Assembly (NCBI GenBank): GCA_043810025.1
Contig: JBDRON010000056.1
Location: 19,377-83,376 of the forward strand
DNA from: Elusimicrobiota bacterium
GTDB taxonomy: Bacteria; Elusimicrobiota; JBDRON01
DNA: 64,000 nucleotides
Reading direction: 5' to 3'
Every line of letters starts with the position of its first letter. The stretch's first letter is position 1. Of this stretch, positions 18,359 through 26,592 are shown in pieces. The notes under the pieces are model-generated. The model did no database searches. It saw nothing but the letters and a program-made list of their open reading frames with translations, and had not been told where the DNA came from. The position numbers were made by a program, and so were the translations under genes.

Positions 18359-19132
18359 ATGAATAGAAAATATTTTACTTTGCTCTTGATTGTTAGTATC
18401 GGGGCGCTGCCGTGTTGGGGATTTCGGCTTACCGATCAGCCGCAGACCGCAGCGACTCCATCCAGTGTTCAGCCGGCCAAACTTCTTCAAGCGGCTCCGG
18501 CCGAAAAAAAAGCGCCGAAGATTGCTTTTGTGGATATGGAGAAAATTTTTAACGAATTTCCGGAAACCAAAACAGCTAAAGAGCAATTGGATGCGATGGT
18601 TAATAAAGGCAAGGAAGAAATTGTTTTAAAAGAACAAAAAGTAAAAAATTTAAAAGCTGAAATTGTTTCTCTTTCTGTCCAACCTTCGTCGCCGGCTGTC
18701 AAGCAGCAGTCCTATACGGTCCAACCATCATCGCCTTCGATCAATCAGCAGTCCTATACTGTTCCGCCATCCTCATCGTCATGGAGTCAACCATCGGATC
18801 TGGAACAACCGGTTTCTTCCCGCTCTTCTGCGGAGATTCTGTCGGATAAACAGGCGGAATTAAAACAAGCTCAAGACGCTTTGGACAAATTTATTGCCGA
18901 CACCGAACAACGGCTTACGGAATGGGAAAGTAAAGCCATGCGCGGGATCTTGGGCAAGTTTTACCAATCCCTCCGCAAAATTGCCGAGGAGGAAAATTTT
19001 AGCATTATTGTTGATAAAAACAGTGTTCTTTATGGTGAGCAGGGATTGGATATCACCGATCGTCTCCAAAAAGACTTGGAAAAAGCAGCCGAAGAATTAA
19101 TTGAAATTGAAGAAAATCCGGAGGATGAGTAA
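18359..19132 (+). CDS. skp: periplasmic chaperone Skp (OmpH family) with internal P/S/Q-rich tandem repeat insert
   Basis: Signal peptide; coiled-coil Skp-like ends; position between bamA and lpxD; tandem 14-aa repeats QPSSPAVKQQSYTV/QPSSPSINQQSYTV. Confidence 0.72.
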   Translation: MNRKYFTLLLIVSIGALPCWGFRLTDQPQTAATPSSVQPAKLLQAAPAEKKAPKIAFVDMEKIFNEFPETKTAKEQLDAMVNKGKEEIVLKEQKVKNLKAEIVSLSVQPSSPAVKQQSYTVQPSSPSINQQSYTVPPSSSSWSQPSDLEQPVSSRSSAEILSDKQAELKQAQDALDKFIADTEQRLTEWESKAMRGILGKFYQSLRKIAEEENFSIIVDKNSVLYGEQGLDITDRLQKDLEKAAEELIEIEENPEDE

Positions 19133-19140
19133 TAAAACTT

Positions 19141-20157
19141 ATGCAAAAAACCGTTGAAGAAATTAGTCGGCTGCTGGATGGTAAGCTGGAGGGTAACGGA
19201 CAAATAATTATTACCGGCGCGGCCGGTATTCGAGAGGCGGCGCCTGGAGAGATAACTTTTTTGGCGAATCCCAAATATGTTGAGGATCTAACAACTACAC
19301 AGGCTTCGGCGGTAATTGTGCCTAAGGATATTTCGCTAGAGGGTAAAACCTTGATCCGGGTAGATAATCCGCAATTTGCTTTCGGTAAAATTTTGGAAAT
19401 TATCGATAAGGAAAAAAAGACTATCGCCCGGGGTATCCACCCGACGGCGGTTTTGGGCAAAAACATCAAGATCGCTCCGGGGGTAACCTTAGGAGCTTAC
19501 ACGGTAGTTGAGGATGGTGCGGAGATCGGGGAAGAAACGGTCATCTATCCGCACTGCTACATCGGACAGAAAACAAAAGTCGGTTCTTTTTGCCGGATCT
19601 ATCCCCAGGTAACCATTCGGGAAGAGGTGAAGGTTGGCGATAGAGTTATTATCCATTCCGGCACGGTCATCGGGTCCGATGGTTATGGTTTTGCCGCTTT
19701 TGAAGGGGTTCATCACAAAATACCGCAAATCGGCACGGTAATCATTGAGGATGATGTAGAAATCGGGGCGAATGTCACTATTGACCGGGCGACAACCAGC
19801 GCTACCCGGATTGGAACTGGGACAAAAATTGACAATCTGGTTCAGATTGCCCATAATGTAGTTGTCGGAAAAAATTGTTTAATTATCGCCCAGGTAGGTA
19901 TCGCCGGTTCGACAAAAATTGGCGATGGTGTGACGCTGGCCGGGCAGGCCGGTCTGGTCGGGCATATTAGTATCGGTGATAAAGCGGTGGTGGCGGCTCA
20001 GGCCGGGGTGATTGCCGATGTGCCGGCCAACACGGTAGTTTCCGGTTATCCGGCTCGCCCGCATCGGGAGGCTTTAAAATTGCAGGCCTACATGCAGAAA
20101 CTGCCGGAATTGATTGCGCTAGTCAAAGAATTAAAAGAAAAAATAGAAAGAAAATAA
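19141..20157 (+). CDS. lpxD: UDP-3-O-(3-hydroxyacyl)glucosamine N-acyltransferase
   Basis: 338 aa; left-handed beta-helix hexapeptide repeats; LpxD N-terminal domain; conserved bamA-skp-lpxD synteny. Confidence 0.9.
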   Translation: MQKTVEEISRLLDGKLEGNGQIIITGAAGIREAAPGEITFLANPKYVEDLTTTQASAVIVPKDISLEGKTLIRVDNPQFAFGKILEIIDKEKKTIARGIHPTAVLGKNIKIAPGVTLGAYTVVEDGAEIGEETVIYPHCYIGQKTKVGSFCRIYPQVTIREEVKVGDRVIIHSGTVIGSDGYGFAAFEGVHHKIPQIGTVIIEDDVEIGANVTIDRATTSATRIGTGTKIDNLVQIAHNVVVGKNCLIIAQVGIAGSTKIGDGVTLAGQAGLVGHISIGDKAVVAAQAGVIADVPANTVVSGYPARPHREALKLQAYMQKLPELIALVKELKEKIERK

Positions 20158-20171
20158 GGGGGGAAGGCCAG

Positions 20172-21485
20172 TTGGATAAACAGCGAACAATCGAGAAAGA
20201 AATAAGTTATTCGGGAATCGGTTTGCATACCGGGAATACTACTACGGTGAGTTTTAAACCGGCGCCGGCTAATTCCGGGATCAAGTTTGTACGTAGTGAT
20301 CTGACCGGCCGGCCGGAGATAGCCGCTAATTTTTCTAATGTTTTAGGGGTTGTGCGCGGTACCAGTATCGGTGTTGGCGAAGTGCAAATACATACAGTTG
20401 AACATTTGATGGCGGCCGTCTGTGGTTTGGGGATTGATAATTTAGCGATTGAAGTTAACGCCAACGAACCGCCCGTTGCCGATGGTTCCAGCCGGCCCTT
20501 CATTGATATTCTGGAAAAAGCCGGTATTATTGAGCAGGATGCCCCGCGCAATTATTTTGCGATAGAGTCACCGCTGAAGTATTCGGTTGACAATGTGGAA
20601 ATAATTGCTTTGCCCGATGATAAATTTCGTATTTCTTACATTATAGAATACAATCATCCGCTGGTGAGCGTAGAGTTTGCTTCTTTCGAGATTACCCCGG
20701 AAATATTTAAAAAGGAAATTAGTTCCGCCCGAACTTATTGTTTTGATTATGAAATCGAGATGTTAAAAAAGAAAGGGCTGGGCAAAGGCGGCAGTTTGGA
20801 TAATGCGATTGTCATCGGAGAAAAAAATATTCATAATAAAGAAGCTTTACGGTATCCTAATGAGTTTGTCCGGCATAAAATTCTGGATTTGATTGGCGAC
20901 CTTTATCTGCTGGGATGCCCTCTGAAGGGTCACATTATTGCGGTTCGGTCCGGTCACGGACACAATATCAATTTTGCTAAGCAGCTTAGCCGGCAGATCA
21001 ACAAAAAACCTGAGCTGGCGGCTAAAAAGGACATTGCGCCGGCGCCGGTCGGCCGGATGTTGGATATTATTGAGATTAAAAAAGTTATTCCACACCGTTA
21101 TCCCTTCCTGCTGATTGATAAAGTTATTGTTACCGAAGAACAAAAAAAAGCTGTTGGCTACAAGTGTGTCACCGCAAACGAAGAATTCTTTCAGGGACAT
21201 TTTCCGGAACGGCCGATTATGCCCGGGGTTTTGATCGTTGAGGCGATGGCCCAGACCGCCTGCGTGCTTTTTCTATCCCGCCCGGATTTGAAAAATAAGC
21301 TGGCTTATTTTATGGGATTGAATGAAGTAAAGTTCCGGCGGCCGGTCGTTCCCGGCGATGTTTTGCGGCTGGAAGTAGAAGTGCTTCGGGCGCGGGAACG
21401 CGGGGGTAAGGTGCAGGGAAAGGCTTATGTCGATGAACATCTGGCGGCCGAATCGGAATTTATGTTCACGTTAGTGGATAAGTAA
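20172..21485 (+). CDS. lpxC-fabZ: bifunctional UDP-3-O-acyl-N-acetylglucosamine deacetylase / 3-hydroxyacyl-ACP dehydratase (LpxC::FabZ fusion)
   Basis: 437 aa; N-terminal LpxC (GIGLHTG..., HTVEHLMAAV, zinc motif region), C-terminal FabZ hot-dog (IPHRYPFLLIDKV...FFQGHFPERPIMPGVLIVEAMAQ); TTG start. Confidence 0.88.
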   Translation: MDKQRTIEKEISYSGIGLHTGNTTTVSFKPAPANSGIKFVRSDLTGRPEIAANFSNVLGVVRGTSIGVGEVQIHTVEHLMAAVCGLGIDNLAIEVNANEPPVADGSSRPFIDILEKAGIIEQDAPRNYFAIESPLKYSVDNVEIIALPDDKFRISYIIEYNHPLVSVEFASFEITPEIFKKEISSARTYCFDYEIEMLKKKGLGKGGSLDNAIVIGEKNIHNKEALRYPNEFVRHKILDLIGDLYLLGCPLKGHIIAVRSGHGHNINFAKQLSRQINKKPELAAKKDIAPAPVGRMLDIIEIKKVIPHRYPFLLIDKVIVTEEQKKAVGYKCVTANEEFFQGHFPERPIMPGVLIVEAMAQTACVLFLSRPDLKNKLAYFMGLNEVKFRRPVVPGDVLRLEVEVLRARERGGKVQGKAYVDEHLAAESEFMFTLVDK

Positions 21486-21593
21486 ACGGCAGCCTAAAAG
21501 CCTAAAAGGCTAAGAGTTATTAGCCCAAGAGTAAAGAATAAAAGCCTTTTTGGAGAAAATATGCTGACAAAAGAAAAAAGCAAGGAGACCTTG

Positions 21594-22368
21594 ATGAACA
21601 TTCATAAAACTGCTTTAGTCCATCCCGATGCGGTCATCGGTGAAGATGTGGAAATCGGTCCCTTTTCAATTATTGGGGGCGAGGTAAAAATTGGCAAGAA
21701 TACCCGGATTGGCGCCCATGTGGTAATTGAGGGAATAAGCGAGATCGGTGAGAATTGCCGGATATTTACCGGAGCAATCATTGGGAATTTCCCGCAGGAT
21801 TTAAAATATAAAGGGGGAAAAAACGAAAGTTGTGATCGGCAGCAACAATGTTATCCGCGAATATGTAACGATTAATCGGGGAACTGTGGCTGTGGGGGAA
21901 ACAAGAATCGGGGATAATTGTTTATTGATGGCTTATGTGCATATCGCTCACGATTGTTCCGTTGGTAACGGGGTAATTTTGGCGAATGTGGCTACTCTGG
22001 CCGGCCATGTGATAATTGAGGATAAGGCGGTCATCGGCGGGGTTACTCCAATCCATCAGTTTGTCCGGATTGGGACGATGGCCATCGTTGGCGGGGCCAG
22101 CCGGGTGGCTAAAGATGTGCCTCCTTATTGTATGGCGGCCGGTATGCCGATCCGGACATTCGGTTTAAATGTTGTCGGGTTACAGCGCAACGGAGTCTCT
22201 TCGGAGACTAGGGAACAGTTGAAGAAAGCTTACAAAACAGTTTTTCGTTCCAGCCTCAATGTCAGCGATGCGATCGCCGCTTTGGAGAGGGAAAGCAATC
22301 ATTGTGAAGAGGTTGCCTATTTTATTAATTTCATTAAACAATCCGAACGAGGGATATGCAAAGAGTAG
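21594..22368 (+). pseudogene. lpxA: acyl-ACP--UDP-GlcNAc O-acyltransferase LpxA, interrupted by a +1 frameshift in a G5 run (sequencing error or real pseudogene)
   Basis: Two overlapping ORFs (21561..21875, 21832..22368) together give a full LpxA. Deleting one G from GGGGG at 21813-21817 restores ...[29 protein letters not shown]... in one frame. Confidence 0.75.
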
Positions 22369-23159
22369 GTTTAATTGCCGGCAACGGATCATTCCCGTTT
22401 GTGTTTGCCAAACAAGCCAGAGAGTTGGGCAATCAGGTTGTGGTGATCGGGCTGAAAGAAGAGACGGATCCTTCCTTGGAAAAGTTTGTGGACAAACTCT
22501 ACTGGATATCCTTAGGCGAATTTGGAAAATTAATCAGGATTTTAAAAGAAGAAAATATTACCCGGCTGGTGATGGCCGGGCAGGTTAAACATGTCCAGAT
22601 TTTTAAGAATATCAAACTGGATTTGCGCGCCGGCGCTCTGCTTTTTAAACTGATCAACAAAAAAACCGATACCATTCTTAAAGCTGTCGCCGATGAATTG
22701 AAAAAAGAAGGTATCGAACTGCTTTCCTCGGCCACCTTCCTCCCTCATTTGCTGGCCACCAAAGGCCTGATCTCTTCCCGCCAACCAACCAAAGAAGAAT
22801 CCGAAGACATAAAATTTGGCCAAAGTATCGCCAAACAGATTGCCGGCCTCGATATCGGCCAGACCGTAGTGGTTAAAGACAAAGCGGTAGTGGCGGTAGA
22901 ATCGGTAGAAGGCACCGACCAATGCATTCGCCGCGGCGCATCTTTAGCCGGTGAAGGTGTAGTCGTGGTTAAAGTAGCCAAACCCAACCAGGATTTCCGC
23001 TTCGATTTACCGATTATCGGCCTGAACACCATTACCACCTTAAGCGAATCCGGCAGTTCGGTCATCGCCATCGAAGCCGGAAAAACGCTGATGCTGGATA
23101 AAGAAGAAATAATCCGCCAGGCCAACGAAAAAAATATCAGCATATTCGGGATAGAGTAA
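22356..23159 (+). CDS. lpxI: UDP-2,3-diacylglucosamine pyrophosphatase LpxI (DUF1009 family)
   Basis: 267 aa beginning MQRVGLIAGNGSFPF, the typical LpxI N-terminus; located right after lpxA. Confidence 0.8.
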   Translation: MQRVGLIAGNGSFPFVFAKQARELGNQVVVIGLKEETDPSLEKFVDKLYWISLGEFGKLIRILKEENITRLVMAGQVKHVQIFKNIKLDLRAGALLFKLINKKTDTILKAVADELKKEGIELLSSATFLPHLLATKGLISSRQPTKEESEDIKFGQSIAKQIAGLDIGQTVVVKDKAVVAVESVEGTDQCIRRGASLAGEGVVVVKVAKPNQDFRFDLPIIGLNTITTLSESGSSVIAIEAGKTLMLDKEEIIRQANEKNISIFGIE

Positions 23160-23180
23160 AAAAATAATTCGGATAGTAAT

Positions 23181-23265
23181 GTTAGTTGTAGGGAACGGTC
23201 GTGACCGTTCCGCTTTTGTCATGTAACAGAAATATAAGTTGTAGGGAAAGCATATCTGCGTTCCC
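23181..23265. repeat. Family D element, copy D2 (two GTTGTAGGGA units)
   Basis: GTTAGTTGTAGGGAACGGTCGTGACCGTTCCGC...GTTGTAGGGAAAGCATATCTGCGTTCCC; downstream of lpxI. Confidence 0.6.
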
Positions 23266-23287
23266 AGGTGAACCATAAAAATAGTCC

Positions 23288-23316
23288 TTGACAATACAAG
23301 TTATAACTTGTATACT
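23288..23316 (+). promoter_or_regulatory. sigma70-like promoter TTGACA-17-TATACT with a palindromic operator (CAAGTTATAACTTG) in the spacer, upstream of higB-like/higA-like
   Basis: Consensus -35 at 23288-93, 17-nt spacer that is itself a perfect 14-bp palindrome, -10 TATACT at 23311-16. Confidence 0.5.
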
Positions 23317-23340
23317 CTTATTAGAAATAAAGAGTAAAAG

Positions 23341-23688
23341 ATGCTGAAAAATATCTATTATTTTGTAGATGAACGGGGTGATAACCCGGTTAGAGAATTT
23401 ATAGATTCTTTGCCGATTAAAGAACGGGCAAAGATATTTGCTTACATTGAAGAATTAAGAAATCAGGGTCACAATTTGCGTAGGCCGATAGCGGATTATT
23501 TAGGTAACGATATTTATGAACTAAGACCTAAAAGCAATAGAATCTTTTATTTCTTCTTTTTAAAAGATAACGCGGTTTTGGTTCATGCCATAAAAAAGAA
23601 GACGGACAAAATTCCCAATGCCGATTTAAACTTAAGTATAAAAAGAAAAGGGTTGGTTGAGGAGTATGAACGAGTAGAAAAAATATAA
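23341..23688 (+). CDS. type II toxin, HigB-like / phage-related Gp49 (RelE/ParE superfamily)
   Basis: 115 aa, MLKNIYYFVDERGDNPVREFIDSLPIKERAKI...; followed 8 nt later by an XRE HTH gene (toxin-first HigBA arrangement). Confidence 0.68.
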   Translation: MLKNIYYFVDERGDNPVREFIDSLPIKERAKIFAYIEELRNQGHNLRRPIADYLGNDIYELRPKSNRIFYFFFLKDNAVLVHAIKKKTDKIPNADLNLSIKRKGLVEEYERVEKI

Positions 23689-23704
23689 TAGTGAGGTGAG
23701 CGGG

Positions 23705-24031
23705 ATGAAAAAAATTAAATTAGAAAAAATCGACGACCATTTAAACGCGGAATTAAAGAATGAAGAATTCAGAAGGAATTTTGAATTAGAAAGAGCTAAA
23801 GTATCGTTGGCTCAAAAAATAGCGGAGCTGAGACAGGATAAAAAACTGAAACAAATTGATCTCGCCAAGAAACTGCATGTTTCGCAGCAATTCATTTCCC
23901 TGATTGAAACTGCGCAAGAAAAGAATTTGACTCTGGAAACTTTAGTAAAAATTGCCAAGTCCTTGGGAAGAAGTGTCAAAATTTCTTTCCCCAAAGCCTC
24001 TGCCCAAGGTGCTCATCTCAAGATAGCATAA
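23705..24031 (+). CDS. HigA-like antitoxin, XRE-family HTH DNA-binding protein
   Basis: HTH region LRQDKKLKQIDLAKKLHVSQQFISLIE; GAGGTG RBS before ATG 23705. Confidence 0.68.
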   Translation: MKKIKLEKIDDHLNAELKNEEFRRNFELERAKVSLAQKIAELRQDKKLKQIDLAKKLHVSQQFISLIETAQEKNLTLETLVKIAKSLGRSVKISFPKASAQGAHLKIA

Positions 24032-24119
24032 TTTGTTTGAATACAAAGTAACAGATAAAAAAATACAGCCGACTAATTTTAGTTTAATTCCCTAGTTTAA
24101 GAATATAAGTAAGTTTAAT

Positions 24120-24593
24120 ATGAGTGAAGAAGAAAAATACGAGTACGATAGTAATATTTTGTCAATAAAGTATACAAAAATTACTGATACGATACCTGTT
24201 TCTGGTGCGAATACATCTACCAGTATATTTTGGGATCAAACAGAAATGCCTGATGCCGGAGTTCTTAAATTTTTAGAACCTTGTGGTCGGAATTGGAGAT
24301 TCGGAAAACTGGAAAATGAAATGAAGTATGTAGCGAGGGTGCACCACAAATTAAAATCAAATTCTAAAGGTAATTTCTATACTTTAATATGGAGTTGGAA
24401 AGATATTCATCAAGTAAAGGAGTGGCTTGAATTAGACGGTGTTGCAATAGACTTAAAAACAAAATTTGTTATTAGGCCAGGATGTTTAATCGCAATTGGG
24501 AATTTTAAGAAAAACAATAATCATCAAATTTATGTAAAAGAAAAAGAGGAATTTGTTCTTGAAATTACAGAAAGTACTACTAATATAGAATGA
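24120..24593 (+). CDS. hypothetical protein (ORF A of AT-rich island), translationally coupled to the next gene
   Basis: 157-aa ORF in a markedly AT-rich segment; 4-bp overlap (ATGA) with the downstream ORF; no recognisable motif. Confidence 0.5.
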   Translation: MSEEEKYEYDSNILSIKYTKITDTIPVSGANTSTSIFWDQTEMPDAGVLKFLEPCGRNWRFGKLENEMKYVARVHHKLKSNSKGNFYTLIWSWKDIHQVKEWLELDGVAIDLKTKFVIRPGCLIAIGNFKKNNNHQIYVKEKEEFVLEITESTTNIE

Positions 24594-25666
24594 AAACTTC
24601 TCCGATAAAACAATTACCAAACAATGACTATTTAATAAATCCTGGTGCTTCATTTGAAATGCATCTTTATAATACCGACATCAATACCGTAACCGAACTA
24701 GTTAATATTATGAAAAAAGGTGAGGAAGAAGGATCAGGAACTGGCGTTGTTAACTGTAAATTGTTGGAATTACTAGTAAAAAATAATGTTAGATGCCGTG
24801 AAATTGATTCTTATGTAAATGAATTTCGGCCACAATATATTCAAAATCTAAAAACATATTCTGGATTAAATGTTGACTGGCAGAGTATTAATGAAATTGA
24901 TATAAGTAGTATTCCAGAAGAAATCAGAAAAAAAGCAGTTGATGAGTTGCGCATAAAACCAGACACTAATATAGAGGTTTTGTTTAAACTTTATCCTTGT
25001 GATGATTCTGTGCCGATAGAAGTATTTAGGAAGTATCCCTTTAAAGTTATAGTAAAATATCTTAATGTTTGGGATCGGGGCAAAGAATTGAAAGTTATTC
25101 CTCTGGAACACCGAGATAGAAAAATTTACGAGAAAATGGTTGAATTGAATCTGTCTATGCAAGGGGAAGCAATTCCGCTTAAAGATATATTAGTGACTTT
25201 GAAATTATCTGAATTAAAGGAAATCGGTTTAAAGGTAAATACAGAGCCATCAAATAAGAAAGAAAAAGTTATTGAAAATTTACTGAGCAAAGAAGGTGTT
25301 GAAAAACAAATTCAAGGTAGTATTAATCTTAAAGACTATTTTAAACTTATTTCTATCGAACGAGAGTTTGGCTCCGATATATTCAGTAAATTAAATTCAT
25401 CCATTAAATATAATGAACTTAATGCAGACTTAATTGGGAGAACTTTTTTATTCTCTTATTACAATGATTCTAGGGATAATTCCTGGTCGAATCCAATATC
25501 TTCTGAACTAATCACAGGATATGAAATTTCAATGGTTTCCGATGCAAGATGTTGCCCTTACTGTAAAGATATGAAAGGAAAAAAGTTTGACAAAGTTAAT
25601 TGTCCTAAAATACCATTGCATTTGGCTTGTCGATGTGCGAAAGTCCCGCTAACAAAATATGGCTAA
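24590..25666 (+). CDS. hypothetical protein (ORF B) with SAP-like helix-extended-helix motif and C-terminal Mu-F/SPP1-gp7-like zinc-ribbon motif (CxYC...PLHxxCRC)
   Basis: 358 aa; LKDILVTLKLSELKEIGLKVNT...KKEKVIENLLSK resembles a SAP DNA-binding motif; C-terminus CCPYCKDMKGKKFDKVNCPKIPLHLACRCAKVPL resembles the conserved end of phage head-morphogenesis (Mu F) domains. Confidence 0.5.
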   Translation: MKTSPIKQLPNNDYLINPGASFEMHLYNTDINTVTELVNIMKKGEEEGSGTGVVNCKLLELLVKNNVRCREIDSYVNEFRPQYIQNLKTYSGLNVDWQSINEIDISSIPEEIRKKAVDELRIKPDTNIEVLFKLYPCDDSVPIEVFRKYPFKVIVKYLNVWDRGKELKVIPLEHRDRKIYEKMVELNLSMQGEAIPLKDILVTLKLSELKEIGLKVNTEPSNKKEKVIENLLSKEGVEKQIQGSINLKDYFKLISIEREFGSDIFSKLNSSIKYNELNADLIGRTFLFSYYNDSRDNSWSNPISSELITGYEISMVSDARCCPYCKDMKGKKFDKVNCPKIPLHLACRCAKVPLTKYG

Positions 25667-25702
25667 AGTATTTGAATAAAACACTGTATTAGGGGATTAA
25701 AT

Positions 25703-26155
25703 ATGTCGGGATCATTTTTATACATTGGAATTCATTTTATTTTTAGTACAAAAAATCGTGTGAACATAATTACTAGCGAAATAAAAGATAGGTTGTATTC
25801 CTATATTGGCGGAATAATAAAATCAATTAAAGGTATACCAATTGCTATAAATGGAATGCCTGATCATATCCATGTTTTTTGTATTGTATCACGGGAAATG
25901 ACCATTGCTGATTTTATGCGTATTGTTAAATCAAATTCATCAAAATGGTTGAATGAAACTTTTCCTGTTAAGCCAAAATTCCAATGGCAAGACGGATACG
26001 GTTCGTTTTCAGTCACTAAATCATCAGAAAATAAAATCATTGAATATGTAAAAAATCAAGAAGAACATCATAAACAAAAATCATTTCAGGATGAATTTAT
26101 TGAATATTTAAGATTGATGAAAATTGACTATGATGAAAGATATATATGGCAATAA
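25703..26155 (+). mobile_element. tnpA: IS200/IS605-family Y1 HUH transposase (TnpA) / REP-associated tyrosine transposase (RAYT)-like, solitary
   Basis: 150 aa; HUH motif MPDHIHVFCIV; C-terminal catalytic Tyr in EYVKNQEEHH (Y-x-x-NQ motif of IS200 TnpA/RAYT); no tnpB partner. Confidence 0.75.
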
Positions 26156-26400
26156 TACTCCGCCGCCCCGTTGGGGCTTATATTTTCATGGGTGATTATA
26201 GCGGGGATTACATCCCCGCCTATAATCCGCAATCCCTTCGGGATAATAAATTGAAAAAGATTGTAGTATGCTTTTATTTGTCCTGAAAGGACAACGGAAT
26301 ATAGGCGGGGGGCTTGCCCCCCGAAAATGAAATATTCCATGAACGATAAGCCCTGAAAGGGCGGAGGAAAAGCGCCCAAATTATTTATAAATTTTCAGTG
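26156..26400 (+). other. structured GC-rich hairpin cluster downstream of tnpA (possible IS end / REP-like hairpins / small RNA)
   Basis: Hairpins TATAGCGGGGATTACATCCCCGCCTATA (26195-26225), GTCCTGAAAGGAC, GGCGGGGGGCTTGCCCCCCG (about 26300-26322), GCCCTGAAAGGGC; the outer complement CTCCGCCGCCCC...GGGCGGAG frames the region. Confidence 0.45.
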
Positions 26401-26592
26401 TAATAAAAAGAGGTAAGCTATGGATTTCAAAATTTTATCTACTCACTCGTGGGGCGGAGATTTGACAGAAAAAAATTATTGGCCTAGAATCGGGGGAAAG
26501 TTTCCCTATTACGAAATTATCTGGTCGAAGGTTATAGCGCTCTTAACAAAGAGATCAGACAATTTACTTTTGGTTTAAAAAGGGGGGGTGTT

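Noticed and set aside
21487-21520. Short shared motif CAGCCTAAAAGCCTAA(GAG) at the 3' ends of lpxC::fabZ (21487) and the larE-like gene (44262)
   Set aside because: It is only about 16-20 nt and partly coding in one case. It was too short to assert a repeat family without a genome-wide count.
380-22392. Numerous antisense or overlapping ORFs inside nuo, A2M, bamA, lpx and other genes (for example 380..781-, 1648..2220-, 10170..10406+, 20207..20551-)
   Set aside because: They are embedded in and antisense to strongly supported conserved genes, lack RBS, and show no domain signatures. They are chance ORFs.
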